DNA of 64,000 nt from Candidatus Moraniibacteriota bacterium (GCA_038203255.1 JBBREE010000001.1:31882-95881), one strand, 5' to 3'; positions 48,702 through 60,650 are shown, counted from the stretch's first letter. Made by a program: numbers and translations. The notes: a model not told the origin generated them from the letters alone.

Positions 48702-48962
48702 CTAAATATTTAGGTAAAGTTTTGCCTTCTCCTCTGTTACGGCATAAAATTCACAGAAGAAGACTCTTGCGCCAGATACCGCCACTACTTTGACAAGCCC
48801 GCTTTCAGATAAGCGAATATCCACATTTCTCGCAGATATTTCCTTATTCGTGATTTTTTCACGAAAAGAACTGACCCCAATTTCATTCCAGTTACAAAAT
48901 CTCTTTACGCATTGTTTAGAAATTTTCTCTAATAAATGCATAATTTTTTTCAAAAAAGACAC
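48702..48962 (-). CDS. Hypothetical protein
   Basis: GTG start with GGAGGGG RBS. Confidence 0.55.
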   Translation of the reverse strand: MSFLKKIMHLLEKISKQCVKRFCNWNEIGVSSFREKITNKEISARNVDIRLSESGLVKVVAVSGARVFFCEFYAVTEEKAKLYLNI

Positions 48963-49037
48963 TTTCCCCTCCTTTTATTTAGAGCTTTCTTCAAAAAATT
49001 ATTTATATGCTTACGACATCTTACCTTTTCTTTTATC

Positions 49038-49301
49038 CTATTTTGATTTTTTTCTGACAACTGTGTATCCGCAAGAACCGCACTTTTTGTGAAGTTCAAA
49101 GAACACTCTCGTCCTACCTATATAAGCTCCATAAATCCCGTCCTCAATTTTTATCGCTCCAGTCTTGAAAATACTAGTGTGTAATTCAATGATTGACGCG
49201 TAATAGGATATGGAAGTTTTTCCGTCATCAGTGACGAAAAAGGCTCTTCCGGCTTCTTTCTCTATGTCATGAGTTTTTCCAAATTCTATTTTTCTAGACA
49301 T
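49038..49301 (-). CDS. Hypothetical protein (87 aa, CxxC near C-terminus)
   Basis: GAGG RBS before ATG 49301 (MSRKIEF...CGSCG). Confidence 0.6.
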   Translation of the reverse strand: MSRKIEFGKTHDIEKEAGRAFFVTDDGKTSISYYASIIELHTSIFKTGAIKIEDGIYGAYIGRTRVFFELHKKCGSCGYTVVRKKSK

Positions 49302-49367
49302 AATCAACCTCTTTATTATAGTTGTTACCAAAATTAAGAGATAAGCACCGAATAAAATTGTTTTATA

Positions 49368-49579
49368 AAAGAACAAAAAACGATAAAAAAAGACCGGCTA
49401 CCCTGGGGTGACCGGCTCGTTGTTGTTGGTAATTTTTTCTCCTTAAGCCCTATTACCCGCAAAAACAAACTGGCCACCTTGACGCAAGGTCAAGACCAGC
49501 TTATTAATCAAAACGAAAGTTTTGCGAGTAACGTTATTATTCATAGCCTCATCCTAAGCCATTATCTGTTTTTTGTCAA
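49368..49579 (-). promoter_or_regulatory. Leader-peptide attenuator B
   Basis: TTGACA-17-TAGGAT, ATG 6 nt later; uORF 49544-49443 MNNNVTRKTFVLINKLVLTLRQGGQFVFAGNRA; terminator about 49385-49418; 1:2, 2:3 and 3:4 pairings visible. Confidence 0.7.
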
Positions 49580-49607
49580 TAAGCCAAAATTTGAGCTGTG
49601 GATAACT

Positions 49608-50981
49608 CTAATAATCCCTCAGTTTTTTAATCGTAGCGTGATCACGAATTTTTTCCAAAGCCTTGGCTTCAATCTGACGGATGCGCTCGCGCGTCACGCC
49701 AAATTCCTGTCCCACTTCTTCCAAAGTATGCGTCACTCCATCTTCCAATCCAAAACGAATCTTTAAAATCTTTTGTTCGCGTGGAGTCAGATCTTTCAAA
49801 ATTTCGCTCACGTGTTCTTTAAGCATTTTGCGAGAAGCAATTTGATTGGGCATAATCGTTTCGGTGTCTTCGATGAAATCTCCCAAAACACTATCATCAT
49901 CAGAATCCCCCACTGAAGTTTCCAAAGAAACCGTTTCTTGAGAAATTTTTTGGATGTGTCTGATTTTTTCCACTTCCAAATCCATTTCTACCGCAATTTC
50001 TTCCGGCAATGGTTCGCGTCCAAGATCCTGAACCAGGCGACGAGTGATTTGAGTATATTTATTAATCGTTTCCACCATATGCACCGGGATTCTGATTGTT
50101 CTGGATTGATCAGCTAAGGCGCGCGTTACCGCTTGGCGAATCCACCAAGTGGCGTAGGTGGAAAATTTATAACCCTTGCGATAATCAAATTTTTCCACTG
50201 CGCGAAAAAGTCCAATGTTGCCTTCTTGGATAAGATCAAGGAGGGACAGGTTATGTGAACGTCCGACATATTTTTTAGCAATTGAAACTACCAAACGCAA
50301 ATTCGCCTCAGTCAATCTTTGCTTGGCTGCTAAATCTCCTTTTTCGATTCTTTTAGCCAGGCTCACCTCGTCTTCGGTTGTGAGCAAACTCACTCTTCCA
50401 ATTTCTCGCAAATACATTTGTACCAGATCAGAAGAAGAATCATCAGAAGAAGTCATCCCGGAAGTTTTTCGTTCCTTCTTTTTCTTGCTATCTTTTTCCT
50501 TATCCAAATCATCTGAAATCTTATCCGTTTCCATCTTAATGATTTCATCTGAACTGGCCACGCGAACGCTTTTTTGCTCGAGCGCGTCATAAAGCTCCTC
50601 CAGCATCTCAATGTCTTTTTCCGCATCCGGAATAATGTGTAAAATTTCATCCTCAGTCACAAAACCACGTTGTTTTCCTCGATAAACCAAATCCTTAATC
50701 TGGTCGGACTTCCGCTGATTTGCCTCCTCTTTTTTAGTTAATTTTTTTTCGATGACTTTTTTCTCTTTTTTAACTACAGCCTTCTTCGTATTTTTCGCGC
50801 CTTTTTTAATTTGTTTTTTACCCACTTTCTTAACTGTTTTTTTAATTATTTTTTTCAAAACATTTTTAGTTTTACTCTTGGACTTTTTTAAAATATTCTT
50901 ACCAACATTTTTTACTGCCTTTTTCAGCGCAGTTTTTTTTATTTGAGAATCTTTCTTTTTTTGACTTTTGTCTTTCGCCAT
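49608..50981 (-). CDS. rpoD: Primary sigma factor with Lys-rich N-terminal extension
   Basis: [55 protein letters not shown]. Confidence 0.98.
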   Translation of the reverse strand: MAKDKSQKKKDSQIKKTALKKAVKNVGKNILKKSKSKTKNVLKKIIKKTVKKVGKKQIKKGAKNTKKAVVKKEKKVIEKKLTKKEEANQRKSDQIKDLVYRGKQRGFVTEDEILHIIPDAEKDIEMLEELYDALEQKSVRVASSDEIIKMETDKISDDLDKEKDSKKKKERKTSGMTSSDDSSSDLVQMYLREIGRVSLLTTEDEVSLAKRIEKGDLAAKQRLTEANLRLVVSIAKKYVGRSHNLSLLDLIQEGNIGLFRAVEKFDYRKGYKFSTYATWWIRQAVTRALADQSRTIRIPVHMVETINKYTQITRRLVQDLGREPLPEEIAVEMDLEVEKIRHIQKISQETVSLETSVGDSDDDSVLGDFIEDTETIMPNQIASRKMLKEHVSEILKDLTPREQKILKIRFGLEDGVTHTLEEVGQEFGVTRERIRQIEAKALEKIRDHATIKKLRDY

Positions 50982-51027
50982 AATAATATAATAATTTTCT
51001 ACGGAAAAATAAATTAAAGATAATTTT

Positions 51028-52827
51028 TTATTCCAATGGATTCGATACTTCTTTGGAAAGTTTATTAAACTCTTCCCGTAAGAAAATAATCGCCGCTTCG
51101 TCTTTTTTCTCTTCTGCTATTTTCAAATCCCCCGCCAAGCGGATCAGGTTATTTTTCCTATTTTCCTTTTTCATTTCATTAAAACAATTTTCTAAATCTT
51201 CAAATGGTTTTTCATCCGCAATTTCTTCCGGATTATTATTAAGTCCAATCCGATATTTTTTTTGAAAAAAAATTCTTTCAATCCGACCCTTCTCTTTGGA
51301 ATCATTTATCTCAGACAATAATTTATCAAAATCAAAAGCTAATTCAGTCCCCCTAAGTATCATTATGTTTAGAAGGCTATCTTTTGAAAAAGAAAGGATA
51401 AAATCCTCTTTCTTTTTGGCCTCCTCCCAAACATCTTTAAAAACAAGCATCAACCCGATAAGCTCCTCTTCTAGAATCTCCATCTTAGTCTTTAAAACGA
51501 TTGCTTCCGGTTCCTTTTCTGTTGGGTGATTATAGCTTACTCTATCTTTAAGACTAATCTTTTTGAAGCTATCCGTCAATGCCGACTCGGCTATTTTTAA
51601 ATCCTGGGAAATCTTTTTGATCCAATGACTTTTCTCCACCGAATTTTCAAAACTGGCAAGAATATCCACACATTCTTCGGCAATCTTTCTTTTATCTTCA
51701 ACTTTTTGACGGTCAAATTTGGCATAAAGTTTTTGCAAAAAATAATCCATCACATTTTGCGATTCATCCACCGCCTTTATCAATTTTTTTGGATCTTCTT
51801 GGACTGTGTCAGCTGCATCTTTTCCGCTAGGTAAAGTCACCACTTCCACCGCTACATCTTTTTCCAAGCAAAGTTTCACACTTTTTTTTGTAGCGGCCTC
51901 CCCAGCCGCATCCATATCAAAAAACATTTTTATCTTCGGCGCGTATCTTTTCACAATATCAATTTGTTCTCCTGTGAGTGCCGTCCCACTGACTGCCACA
52001 ACATTTTTGAGTCCCGCTTGGCTCGCGGCAATTACATCCATATTTCCCTCTACTAAAAGAGTAAAGTTGCTTTTCTTGATAGCCTCTTTCGCCCTATCGA
52101 TTCCATAGAGAATTTTGCTTTTATGATAGACTTGTGTTTCGGGAGTATTAACATATTTAGCTTGCGATTCGTCTCCTCCCGGCTCTACGCGAGCGCTATA
52201 GCCAACTACGCGCCCCATGTAGTCTCTGACTGGGAACATCACTCGTTCTCTGAAGCGATCGTAATAATCAGACGTATTTTCCTTTTTTATAATTAGCCCG
52301 GTAGCTAAAATTTCTTGATTGGAAAAGCCCCGTTCATTCAAAAAATCCACCATATTCCGCCAACCCTTCGGGGCATACCCCAGGCGGAATTCTTTACTTG
52401 TTTCATCTTTTATTCCGCGTTCCTGCAAGTATTTAACAATTTTATTTTTTCCCGCACCATTCCACAATTGATGTTCATACCATTTAGTCGCTAGTTCTAA
52501 AATCTCCAGCGTTCGATCTTTTTTCTTGGATGCTTCCGGATCATAATCGGCCAATTTTACTCCGGCTTTTTCGGCTAAAATCTTTAAAGCCTCCCGAAAA
52601 TCCAGCCCATCCATTTCCATCACAAAAGCAAAAATGTCTCCACTTTTTTGACAACCGAAACAATGCCACATCTGCCGTTCTTCGCTGACCATAAAAGACG
52701 GGCTTTTTTCATTGTGAAAAGGACAAAGCGCCCGGAAATTATTCCCGGCCTTTTCCAAGCGGATATAATCACCTAAAACATCGACAATGTTGAGGCGACT
52801 TTTTATCTCATGAGTGTCGTTATTCAA
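51028..52827 (-). CDS. dnaG: DNA primase
   Basis: [10 protein letters not shown]...CFGC zinc finger, [31 protein letters not shown]. Confidence 0.97.
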   Translation of the reverse strand: MNNDTHEIKSRLNIVDVLGDYIRLEKAGNNFRALCPFHNEKSPSFMVSEERQMWHCFGCQKSGDIFAFVMEMDGLDFREALKILAEKAGVKLADYDPEASKKKDRTLEILELATKWYEHQLWNGAGKNKIVKYLQERGIKDETSKEFRLGYAPKGWRNMVDFLNERGFSNQEILATGLIIKKENTSDYYDRFRERVMFPVRDYMGRVVGYSARVEPGGDESQAKYVNTPETQVYHKSKILYGIDRAKEAIKKSNFTLLVEGNMDVIAASQAGLKNVVAVSGTALTGEQIDIVKRYAPKIKMFFDMDAAGEAATKKSVKLCLEKDVAVEVVTLPSGKDAADTVQEDPKKLIKAVDESQNVMDYFLQKLYAKFDRQKVEDKRKIAEECVDILASFENSVEKSHWIKKISQDLKIAESALTDSFKKISLKDRVSYNHPTEKEPEAIVLKTKMEILEEELIGLMLVFKDVWEEAKKKEDFILSFSKDSLLNIMILRGTELAFDFDKLLSEINDSKEKGRIERIFFQKKYRIGLNNNPEEIADEKPFEDLENCFNEMKKENRKNNLIRLAGDLKIAEEKKDEAAIIFLREEFNKLSKEVSNPLE

Positions 52828-52999
52828 ATTGGTATTGGGCTATTTTTGATTAATCTTTCTCACACCTTAATCGTACTATAATACAGAAAAACAAGCAAAA
52901 TATTGCAAAAAATGACTTTCCTCTCCCTGATTTTATCAAAAAACGCTCCTTGCAACCGCGAAGCGTTTTTTGTATCTCAGTTATAATCTGTCTAATAAA

Positions 53000-55900
53000 C
53001 TAGCCCTTATACCCAGTTCCCGCCGGGATAAGACGACCGATAATCACATTTTCTTTGAGACCTCGCAGTTTATCTTCCTTGCCTTTGACAGCGGCGTTAA
53101 TAAGTACGCGAGCTGTTTCTTGGAAAGACGCTGCAGAAAGGAAACTATCAGTTGAAAGAGCCACCTTAGTGATACCCAAAAGAAGAGTTTCCCCTTCGGC
53201 TGCTTCCTGACCGGCTTCTTTCATCTTAAGGTTACTTTCAAGGAAATCATCTTTTTCCACAATATCCCCCATCGAGAATAAACTGTCGCCTTCCGTCAGG
53301 ATTTGCACTCGGCTAAACATCTGGCGCACAATCACTTCAATGTGTTTATCATTGATAGCTTCACCTTGAGAGGCATACACTTCCTGAATTTCTCGAATGA
53401 TATAGCGGTAAACTGCTTCCCAACCCATAGTTTTGTAAAGTTTTCTTAAATCCACATGACCTTCTGAAAGCTGAGAACCCATTCCAACCAATTCTCCTTC
53501 CGCCACTTTCAAAGTACTGCCAGTAGGAATTTGATATTCTTTGATGGTCTTTTCTTTATCCTCCGCTTCAATTTTAACAATCACATTCTTATCTTGATTT
53601 TCAATCGCAAGCACTTTGCCGGAAACTTCCGTGATGATAGCTTCACCTTTCGGAGGACGTGCCTCAAAAATTTCTTCCACACGCGGGAGTCCCTGGGTAA
53701 TGTCAGAACCAGCGATTCCTCCAATATGGAAAGTACGCATAGTCAGCTGTGTTCCCGGCTCTCCAATAGCTTGAGCCGCCACAATTCCGACTGCCTGCCC
53801 GATTTCCACTAGGTTTCCTCGTCCAAGGTCTGCTCCATAGCATTTCTGGCAAACTCCACGCACAGTCTTACAAGTCACAACACTTCTAATCTTAGCTTTT
53901 TCCACGCCGGATTTTTCAATTATATCTCCCTGCTTCTTATTCACTAAGGTTCCCTTTTCTACAATCACTTCTCCGCTTTTTGGATCAATCAAATCCTCCA
54001 CCAAAACTCGGCCCACTACTCGAGAGGAAAAGATTTGTCCAATACGATCGGAGTCTTCTTTAAAAATATAAATTCCTTCCTTATCCTTACAGTCATTTTC
54101 TTTCACAATCACATCTTGAGAAACATCAACCAAACGACGAGTCAAATATCCGGCCGTCGCGGTTCGAAGAGCGGTGTCCGCCATACCTTTTCTGGCTCCA
54201 TGAGTAGAAATGAAATATTCCAAAACATTCAAACCTTCTTTGAAGGAACTCTTAATTGGCAGTTCAATGGTTTCTCCGGTTGGTCCGGCCATAAGACCTT
54301 TCATACCAGCCATCTGCACTACCACTGATTCCGATCCACGAGCTTTAGAATAGACCATAGAATAAACCGGGCCTTCCTTATCCATCGAAGCTCGCACTTC
54401 ATCTGTAATTTTATTTTTGGCATTATTCCAAATTTCAATCACTTTGCTTTTTCTTTCTTCTTCGGTCAAAAGTCCCATATTAAATTGTTTCTTGATCACT
54501 TCCACTTCTTCCTCAGCTTTGTCCATGATAGCTGGTTTATTTTTCGGCACTTCCAAGTCGCCCATTCCCCAACTAATTCCAGACTTAGTTACTGACTCAA
54601 AACCGAGGTCCTTTATTTTATCCACAAAAATAGCTGTTTCTTCGCGACCGCAAACTTCAAGCACAGTAGCTACTAATCCCTTCAATTCCTTTTTGGTCAT
54701 CTCCATATTAATGTATCCCAATTCATCAGGAATGATGAAATTCAATTTAATTCTACCGATAGAAGTTTCCAGTAACTCTCCCTTATACGAAACCTTAATT
54801 TTAGCTCGAATGTCAACATATCCCAATTCGCTAGCCAACACGGCTTCATCAAAGCTGGAAAAAATCTTTCCTTCTCCTTTTGCTCCGGGCAAGATATGGG
54901 AAATGTAATAGCATCCCAAAACCATGTCCAAAGTTGGAGTGGTAATCGGCTCTCCACTGGCCGGCTTCAAAAGATTTTTAGAACTTAACATTAAATTTTC
55001 AGATTCCCAACGAGCTTTATCAGTGAGTGGCACATGCACTGCCATCTGGTCACCATCGAAGTCAGCGTTAAAGGCGGAGCATACCATCGGGTGAACCTGA
55101 ATAGCTTTTCCTTCAATCAAAATCGGCTGGAAAGCCTGAATAGAAAGACGATGTAAGGTCGGAGCGCGATTCAAAAGGACATAGTGATGAGAAATAATTT
55201 CATCCAAAATATCATAAGCCTCTTCTGACTCAGCTTCTACCATTTTTCCGGCAGATCTCACATTATACGCCAATTCTCTTTCGATTAATTTATTGATAAT
55301 GAAAGGCTTGAAAAGCTCCAAAGCCATTCTTTTTGGCAAACCGCATTGATTGAGTTTCAATTTTGGTCCAACTACGATAACTGAACGTCCGGAATAGTCT
55401 ACGCGTTTTCCGAGCAAGTTCTGACGAAAGCGTCCTTGTTTACCTTTCAACGTATCAGCTAAAGACCTCAGAGCTCGACGTTGTCCGGTTGAAGCTGCTA
55501 CGCTCACCTGAGAGCGTCTAGCGCTATTGTCGAACAAGGCGTCCACTGCTTCTTGAAGCATACGCTTTTCATTTCGAGTAATCACTTCCGGTGCACCAAT
55601 TTCAATCAACTTTTTAAGACGATTATTGCGGTTGATGATTCGACGATACAGGTCATTAAGGTCACTTGTAGCATAACGGCCACCATCAAGCGCCACCATC
55701 GGACGAAGGTCCGGTGGGATAATCGGGATAATAGTGCAAAGCATCCACTCCATCTTCATTCCAGCTGATTGAAAACCTTGGAATAATTTTATCCGTTTAA
55801 AAACCTTTTTTCTGTCTTGAACCTCTTCGCTATCCAAAAGTTTTTTTAGTTTCTCGATTTCTTCTGCAAGATCCATTTTTTCCAAAATGTTCCGGATAGC

Positions 55901-56584
55901 TTCTGCTCCGATTCCAGCTGAAAAAACCTGCGCATATTTCATCGATAGATTAAAATATTCTATCTCGGAAATAATCTGCAATTTGTGAATACTTTTCAAT
56001 TCGTCTTTGGAAGTTTTATAAATACTTTTCAGCTCTTCTATCTTGTCTTTCGCTTCGCCATTACCATCCCCAAAATTCTTACTGATTTCTTTTTGTTTAC
56101 TTCTATATTCTTGTTCCAGACTAGCTAGGGCTTTTTCCCTCTCATTTTCATCCACACTTAAAACTATGTAGCTAGAAAAATATACTACCTTTTCCAAGCT
56201 TTGCACACCGATACCAAGCGCCAAGCCAATTTTAGAAGGCACACCACGTAAAAACCAAATATGAGAAACAGGTACAGCTAATTTAATGTGTCCCATTCTC
56301 TCTCGACGAACAATCGAGCGTGTCACTTCAACTCCGCATTTGTCGCAAACGATACCTTTATAGCGAATACGCTTATATTTTCCACAATAACATTCCCAGT
56401 CTTTGGAAGGACCAAAAATCTTCTCGTCGAAAAGCCCTTCGCGTTCATAACGCTGGGTGCGGTAATTTATTGTCTCCGGCTTCGTCACTTCACCATGAGA
56501 CCATTCCAATAAGTTCTCCGGACTAGCGATACTCAGTCTGACGCTACTGAAATCGCTTATTTTGGTTGTAGAAAAAGAATCCAT
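53000..56584 (-). CDS. rpoC: RNA polymerase beta' subunit
   Basis: [41 protein letters not shown]. Confidence 0.99.
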   Translation of the reverse strand: MDSFSTTKISDFSSVRLSIASPENLLEWSHGEVTKPETINYRTQRYEREGLFDEKIFGPSKDWECYCGKYKRIRYKGIVCDKCGVEVTRSIVRRERMGHIKLAVPVSHIWFLRGVPSKIGLALGIGVQSLEKVVYFSSYIVLSVDENEREKALASLEQEYRSKQKEISKNFGDGNGEAKDKIEELKSIYKTSKDELKSIHKLQIISEIEYFNLSMKYAQVFSAGIGAEAIRNILEKMDLAEEIEKLKKLLDSEEVQDRKKVFKRIKLFQGFQSAGMKMEWMLCTIIPIIPPDLRPMVALDGGRYATSDLNDLYRRIINRNNRLKKLIEIGAPEVITRNEKRMLQEAVDALFDNSARRSQVSVAASTGQRRALRSLADTLKGKQGRFRQNLLGKRVDYSGRSVIVVGPKLKLNQCGLPKRMALELFKPFIINKLIERELAYNVRSAGKMVEAESEEAYDILDEIISHHYVLLNRAPTLHRLSIQAFQPILIEGKAIQVHPMVCSAFNADFDGDQMAVHVPLTDKARWESENLMLSSKNLLKPASGEPITTPTLDMVLGCYYISHILPGAKGEGKIFSSFDEAVLASELGYVDIRAKIKVSYKGELLETSIGRIKLNFIIPDELGYINMEMTKKELKGLVATVLEVCGREETAIFVDKIKDLGFESVTKSGISWGMGDLEVPKNKPAIMDKAEEEVEVIKKQFNMGLLTEEERKSKVIEIWNNAKNKITDEVRASMDKEGPVYSMVYSKARGSESVVVQMAGMKGLMAGPTGETIELPIKSSFKEGLNVLEYFISTHGARKGMADTALRTATAGYLTRRLVDVSQDVIVKENDCKDKEGIYIFKEDSDRIGQIFSSRVVGRVLVEDLIDPKSGEVIVEKGTLVNKKQGDIIEKSGVEKAKIRSVVTCKTVRGVCQKCYGADLGRGNLVEIGQAVGIVAAQAIGEPGTQLTMRTFHIGGIAGSDITQGLPRVEEIFEARPPKGEAIITEVSGKVLAIENQDKNVIVKIEAEDKEKTIKEYQIPTGSTLKVAEGELVGMGSQLSEGHVDLRKLYKTMGWEAVYRYIIREIQEVYASQGEAINDKHIEVIVRQMFSRVQILTEGDSLFSMGDIVEKDDFLESNLKMKEAGQEAAEGETLLLGITKVALSTDSFLSAASFQETARVLINAAVKGKEDKLRGLKENVIIGRLIPAGTGYKG

Positions 56585-56621
56585 AGAAGTAGATATACTA
56601 AGTTATTTAAAAAATTTATAC

Positions 56622-59600
56622 TTATGCATTATTTTGCTCTTCTTTCTTCACATCCTCATCATCTTCTGTAATTTCTTTTTTCGCTCCTGTCAGTTCTACA
56701 TTAAGCCCGAGTCCTTTAAGTTCACTCACCAGTACATGGAAAGAAGCAGGGATATTGGGGCTCTTAATCACTTCACCTTTAATGATTGACTCATAAGCCT
56801 TACTTCGGCCCATTACATCATCGGATTTAATGGTCAACATTTCTTGCAAGGTATAGGCAGCTCCATAACCTTCCAAGGCCCACACTTCCATTTCTCCAAA
56901 CCGCTGCCCTCCAAATTGCGCTTTTCCTCCAAGAGGTTGCTGGGTAATTAAGGAATATGGTCCGATTGAACGCATATGAATCTTGTCGTCCACCAAATGA
57001 TGGAGCTTCATCACATACATCACACCCACAGTTGACTCGTTATCGAAAAATTCACCAGATCTACCGTTAATCAATTTGATCTTACCTTTTTCCGGTAGCC
57101 CAGCCTTTATCAGCTCTTCACGAATCTGAACTTCAGTCACTCCATCAAGTGGGGCTGTCGCCGCCTTATAACCAAGTTTTAAAGCTGCCCAACCAAGATG
57201 AGTTTCCAAAATCTGACCGATATTCATACGACTAGCCACACCCAACGGATTTAAAATCATATCCACTGGTGTACCGTCCGGCAAATATGGCATATCTTCC
57301 ACTGGAGCCACGCGAGAAATCACACCTTTGTTTCCATGTCGTCCAGCCAACTTGTCTCCCACGGAGATTTTCTTAAGTTGAGCCACACTAACTTGAATTT
57401 GTTGAATCACGCCGGTTGAAAGCTTGTCTCCCTGTTCTCTGGAAAAAATCTTAATATCCACCACTTTGCCATATTCTCCATGTGGTAAATATAGGGAACT
57501 GTCCTTCACGTCTCTAGATTTTTCTCCAAAAATAGCACGCAGTAATCGTTCTTCACTCGTCAAATCACCTTCGCCTTTCGGAGAAATTTTTCCCACCAAA
57601 ATATCACCACTCGCCACTTCCGCTCCAATGCGGATAATCCCTGTTTCATCCAGATTTTTTAGTCTATCTTCTCCGATATTTGGGATATCACGAGTCACAA
57701 CCTCCGGTCCAAGTTTAGTATCACGTACATCGATAGAAAAATCCTCAATATGAATGGAGCTATAACGATCATCTTGCACTAATTTTTCAGAAATGATGAT
57801 TGCATCTTCATAGTTGGATCCTTCCCATGGAATAAAAGCTACTAGAATATTTTGTCCTAAAGACAATTCTCCATTATCTGTCGAAGCACCATCCGCCAAA
57901 AGTTGACCTCTTTTCACCGTCTGTCCTTTGTCTACTCGCGGAATCTGATTCATTGAAGTGAAAGCATTGGATTTTACAAAAGTTTGCAAACGATATTCTC
58001 TTTTGATAAATGGTTTTTTTGCACCGACTGGAGCCGCTTCTTTGACAATAATATGATCAGCGTCCACTTCGATGACTTCTCCGTCTGCTTTAGAAATAAC
58101 CACTTGTCCGCTGTCAGCCGCTGCTTTGTCTTCAATACCTGTACCAACTAATGGGGCCTCAGGTTTGACACAAGACACTGCCTGGCGTTGCATATTTGAA
58201 CCCATAAGAGCACGGTTAGCATCATCATGTTCCAAAAATGGGATAAGAGCTGTGGCTACTGAGATACATTGTTTAGCACTCACATCAATATAATCAAGTT
58301 TAGAAGCCTCAATTTCTGTGGCCTGACTTTTCACTCTCGCTCCCAAAATTTCCGCCACAATGTTGCCGTCATCATCCACATCAATGCCGCTATGCGCGAT
58401 AGTTTTTCGGTCTTCTTTAGTCGCATTTAAATAATCAATTTCTTGGCTTATCCAAGGTTTGATTTGAATAGTTTTTTTACCTTTAATTTTGGAAATTTCT
58501 TTAGCCATTTCCTCTGTTATTTTCGTTCCAGCGGTATATTTTTCGACGTTTTCTTTAAGAATTTTTCCAACTAATAATTCCTCCTTGTTTTCCATTTCAT
58601 GGTAAATTTTAAGATAAGGAGTTTCTAAAAATCCATAATCATTCACTTTGGTATAAGTTGCCAAATGGCCGACCAGTCCAATATTTGGTCCTTCCGGAGT
58701 TTCTACCGGACAAATTCTACCATAGTGAGAAGGATGCACATCGCGCACTTCAAATCCGGCTCTCTCACGAGTCAGACCTCCTGGTCCCATAGCACTAATA
58801 CGACGCTTATGTTCCAACTCGGCCAAAGGATTAACCTGGTCCATAAATTGAGATAACTGTGAAGAGGAAAAAAATTCTTTAATGGAAGCTGCAATTGGAC
58901 GAGAATTGACCAATTGTCCCGGGACAACAGTGATAATGTCGCAAGTACTCATGCGATCTTTGATGTTTCTGGCAGTTCTGGCAAAACCCACTCTTAATTT
59001 ATTTTGAATAAGTTCACCAACTGAGCGGACACGGCGATTCCCCAAATGGTCAATATCATCCGCCACTGCTGTCGGATCATTGTTCAGACGAATAATTTCC
59101 TTAATGATAAGGATTAAATCTTCTCGAGTCAGAATTCGATGAGCTTCATCATCCGGGCTTTCCACTTCCAATCTCTGATTTAAGCGGTAACGTCCCACTC
59201 CACCAAAGTCGTATTTCTCAAAACCGAAAAACATCGAGTCCACCACTTGTTTAGCGTTCGATTCAGTCGCCAAGTCTCCTGGACGAATTCTCTTATATAC
59301 TTCTTTATACCCTTCTCCTTGATTTTTAGTGACGTCTTTTTCAATGGTCTTTTCAATATAGCTTATTTCACCATTATCCGTATCCTTAAAGAGGGCCAAA
59401 ATTTCCTTATCAGTTGAATAACCAAAAGCCCGCAAAAGAGAGGTAATGGCAATTTTTCTCTTACGGTCAATTTTCACAAAAATCGCTCCATCAAAATCGG
59501 TTTCAAGTTCCAGCCAAGCTCCGCGATTAGGAATGATTTTAGCTCCAAAAAGTTTTTTACTTTTCAGATAGTTCATCATGAAAAAAACGCCCGGGGATCG

Positions 59601-60044
59601 GATGATCTGGCTAACCACAACTCTTTCTACTCCATTTATAATAAAGGTTCCTCTTTCAGTCATCAAAGGAAAATCTCCCAAATAGACTTCTTGTTCCTTC
59701 ACTTCGCCGGTTTTTTTAATCGTCAATTTCACTTTGCATCGAAGCGGGGCTTCAAAGGAAATATTTTTGTTCTTAGCCATCACTTCGTCATATTTCGGTT
59801 CGTCTAAATAGTACTCTCCAAAAGTCAATTCCAAGTCTTTTTCGGTAAAGTCGGTGATTGGGTTAACTTCCTGCAAAAGATCCTTGAGTCCTTTTTCCAA
59901 GAACCAATCGTACGAATCTGTTTGCGATTCGATCAGATTTGGCAAAGAAACCATATTCATGGTTTTGAAAAACTTTCTTTTCGAGAGAGACGACCCAGAG
60001 CTGAAGACCTTTTTGACTTTTAACTGCTTTTCGATTTTAGTCAT
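56622..60044 (-). CDS. rpoB: RNA polymerase beta subunit (start uncertain, 60044-60059)
   Basis: SQLSQFMDQ, HYGRICP, GDKLAGRHGNKG, GGQRFGEME. Confidence 0.99.
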   Translation of the reverse strand: MTKIEKQLKVKKVFSSGSSLSKRKFFKTMNMVSLPNLIESQTDSYDWFLEKGLKDLLQEVNPITDFTEKDLELTFGEYYLDEPKYDEVMAKNKNISFEAPLRCKVKLTIKKTGEVKEQEVYLGDFPLMTERGTFIINGVERVVVSQIIRSPGVFFMMNYLKSKKLFGAKIIPNRGAWLELETDFDGAIFVKIDRKRKIAITSLLRAFGYSTDKEILALFKDTDNGEISYIEKTIEKDVTKNQGEGYKEVYKRIRPGDLATESNAKQVVDSMFFGFEKYDFGGVGRYRLNQRLEVESPDDEAHRILTREDLILIIKEIIRLNNDPTAVADDIDHLGNRRVRSVGELIQNKLRVGFARTARNIKDRMSTCDIITVVPGQLVNSRPIAASIKEFFSSSQLSQFMDQVNPLAELEHKRRISAMGPGGLTRERAGFEVRDVHPSHYGRICPVETPEGPNIGLVGHLATYTKVNDYGFLETPYLKIYHEMENKEELLVGKILKENVEKYTAGTKITEEMAKEISKIKGKKTIQIKPWISQEIDYLNATKEDRKTIAHSGIDVDDDGNIVAEILGARVKSQATEIEASKLDYIDVSAKQCISVATALIPFLEHDDANRALMGSNMQRQAVSCVKPEAPLVGTGIEDKAAADSGQVVISKADGEVIEVDADHIIVKEAAPVGAKKPFIKREYRLQTFVKSNAFTSMNQIPRVDKGQTVKRGQLLADGASTDNGELSLGQNILVAFIPWEGSNYEDAIIISEKLVQDDRYSSIHIEDFSIDVRDTKLGPEVVTRDIPNIGEDRLKNLDETGIIRIGAEVASGDILVGKISPKGEGDLTSEERLLRAIFGEKSRDVKDSSLYLPHGEYGKVVDIKIFSREQGDKLSTGVIQQIQVSVAQLKKISVGDKLAGRHGNKGVISRVAPVEDMPYLPDGTPVDMILNPLGVASRMNIGQILETHLGWAALKLGYKAATAPLDGVTEVQIREELIKAGLPEKGKIKLINGRSGEFFDNESTVGVMYVMKLHHLVDDKIHMRSIGPYSLITQQPLGGKAQFGGQRFGEMEVWALEGYGAAYTLQEMLTIKSDDVMGRSKAYESIIKGEVIKSPNIPASFHVLVSELKGLGLNVELTGAKKEITEDDEDVKKEEQNNA

Positions 60045-60364
60045 AAAAATAACGCCCACTTTGCATGTCTTCGGTGAATTTTACCCTAAAGACAAAGCAA
60101 CGCGATTGGGATTATGAAAAAGTATTTAATTATTTGACTTTATTATTCAGAATTTTGCAATCCTAGGATTCACATCCCAAGACATAAAAAGCTATAATTT
60201 TGATGTATTGCCATTATACACGAACCGAAAAATAATGCAAGTGCCTTGCAGTCCAGATTCACCCGTTAAATTGTATTTACTGTTTTTATGAGAGTTTTTC
60301 GTCACTTTCTACTCTCTTATCCCTATTTTACCCCCCTCAAAAAAATCTGTCAAGCCGTTTTTTC

Positions 60365-60625
60365 TTAAAATTTAGCGTTCCACGCGTTAGCTACCGCTTT
60401 AGCCAATCGAGTGGTGGTAAAAGCATCACTCTCATCACTTTCAACCCGCACCTTTTTTGCATCCTGCGAGGCTAGTTTATTTCTTTTGAGCAACTTATCA
60501 ATTTCCGGCAAAAGTTTTTGGGACAAACTATGCTCTTCCACGATTTCCAGCGTGTCTTTTTCCATCTTCTTGTCCCAAAGCGCCACCTTCACCTTTTTTT
60601 CCTTAATTGTAATCAATATTTCCAT
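60365..60625 (-). CDS. Truncated TsaB-like protein (N-terminal half only)
   Basis: SQKLLPEIDKLL...AFTTTRLAKAVANA resembles TsaB HS..L...GPGSFTGLR; about 86 aa. Confidence 0.6.
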   Translation of the reverse strand: MEILITIKEKKVKVALWDKKMEKDTLEIVEEHSLSQKLLPEIDKLLKRNKLASQDAKKVRVESDESDAFTTTRLAKAVANAWNAKF

Positions 60626-60650
60626 AGCCGAATCAAATTTACCCAATTAA

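Noticed and set aside
49597-49605. DnaA box (also one near 7615 inside a CDS) as an origin signal
   Set aside because: Isolated boxes, no cluster and no dnaA nearby.
58780-58870. Rifampicin-resistance substitutions in RpoB
   Set aside because: QFMDQ..HKRRIS residues match the susceptible consensus.
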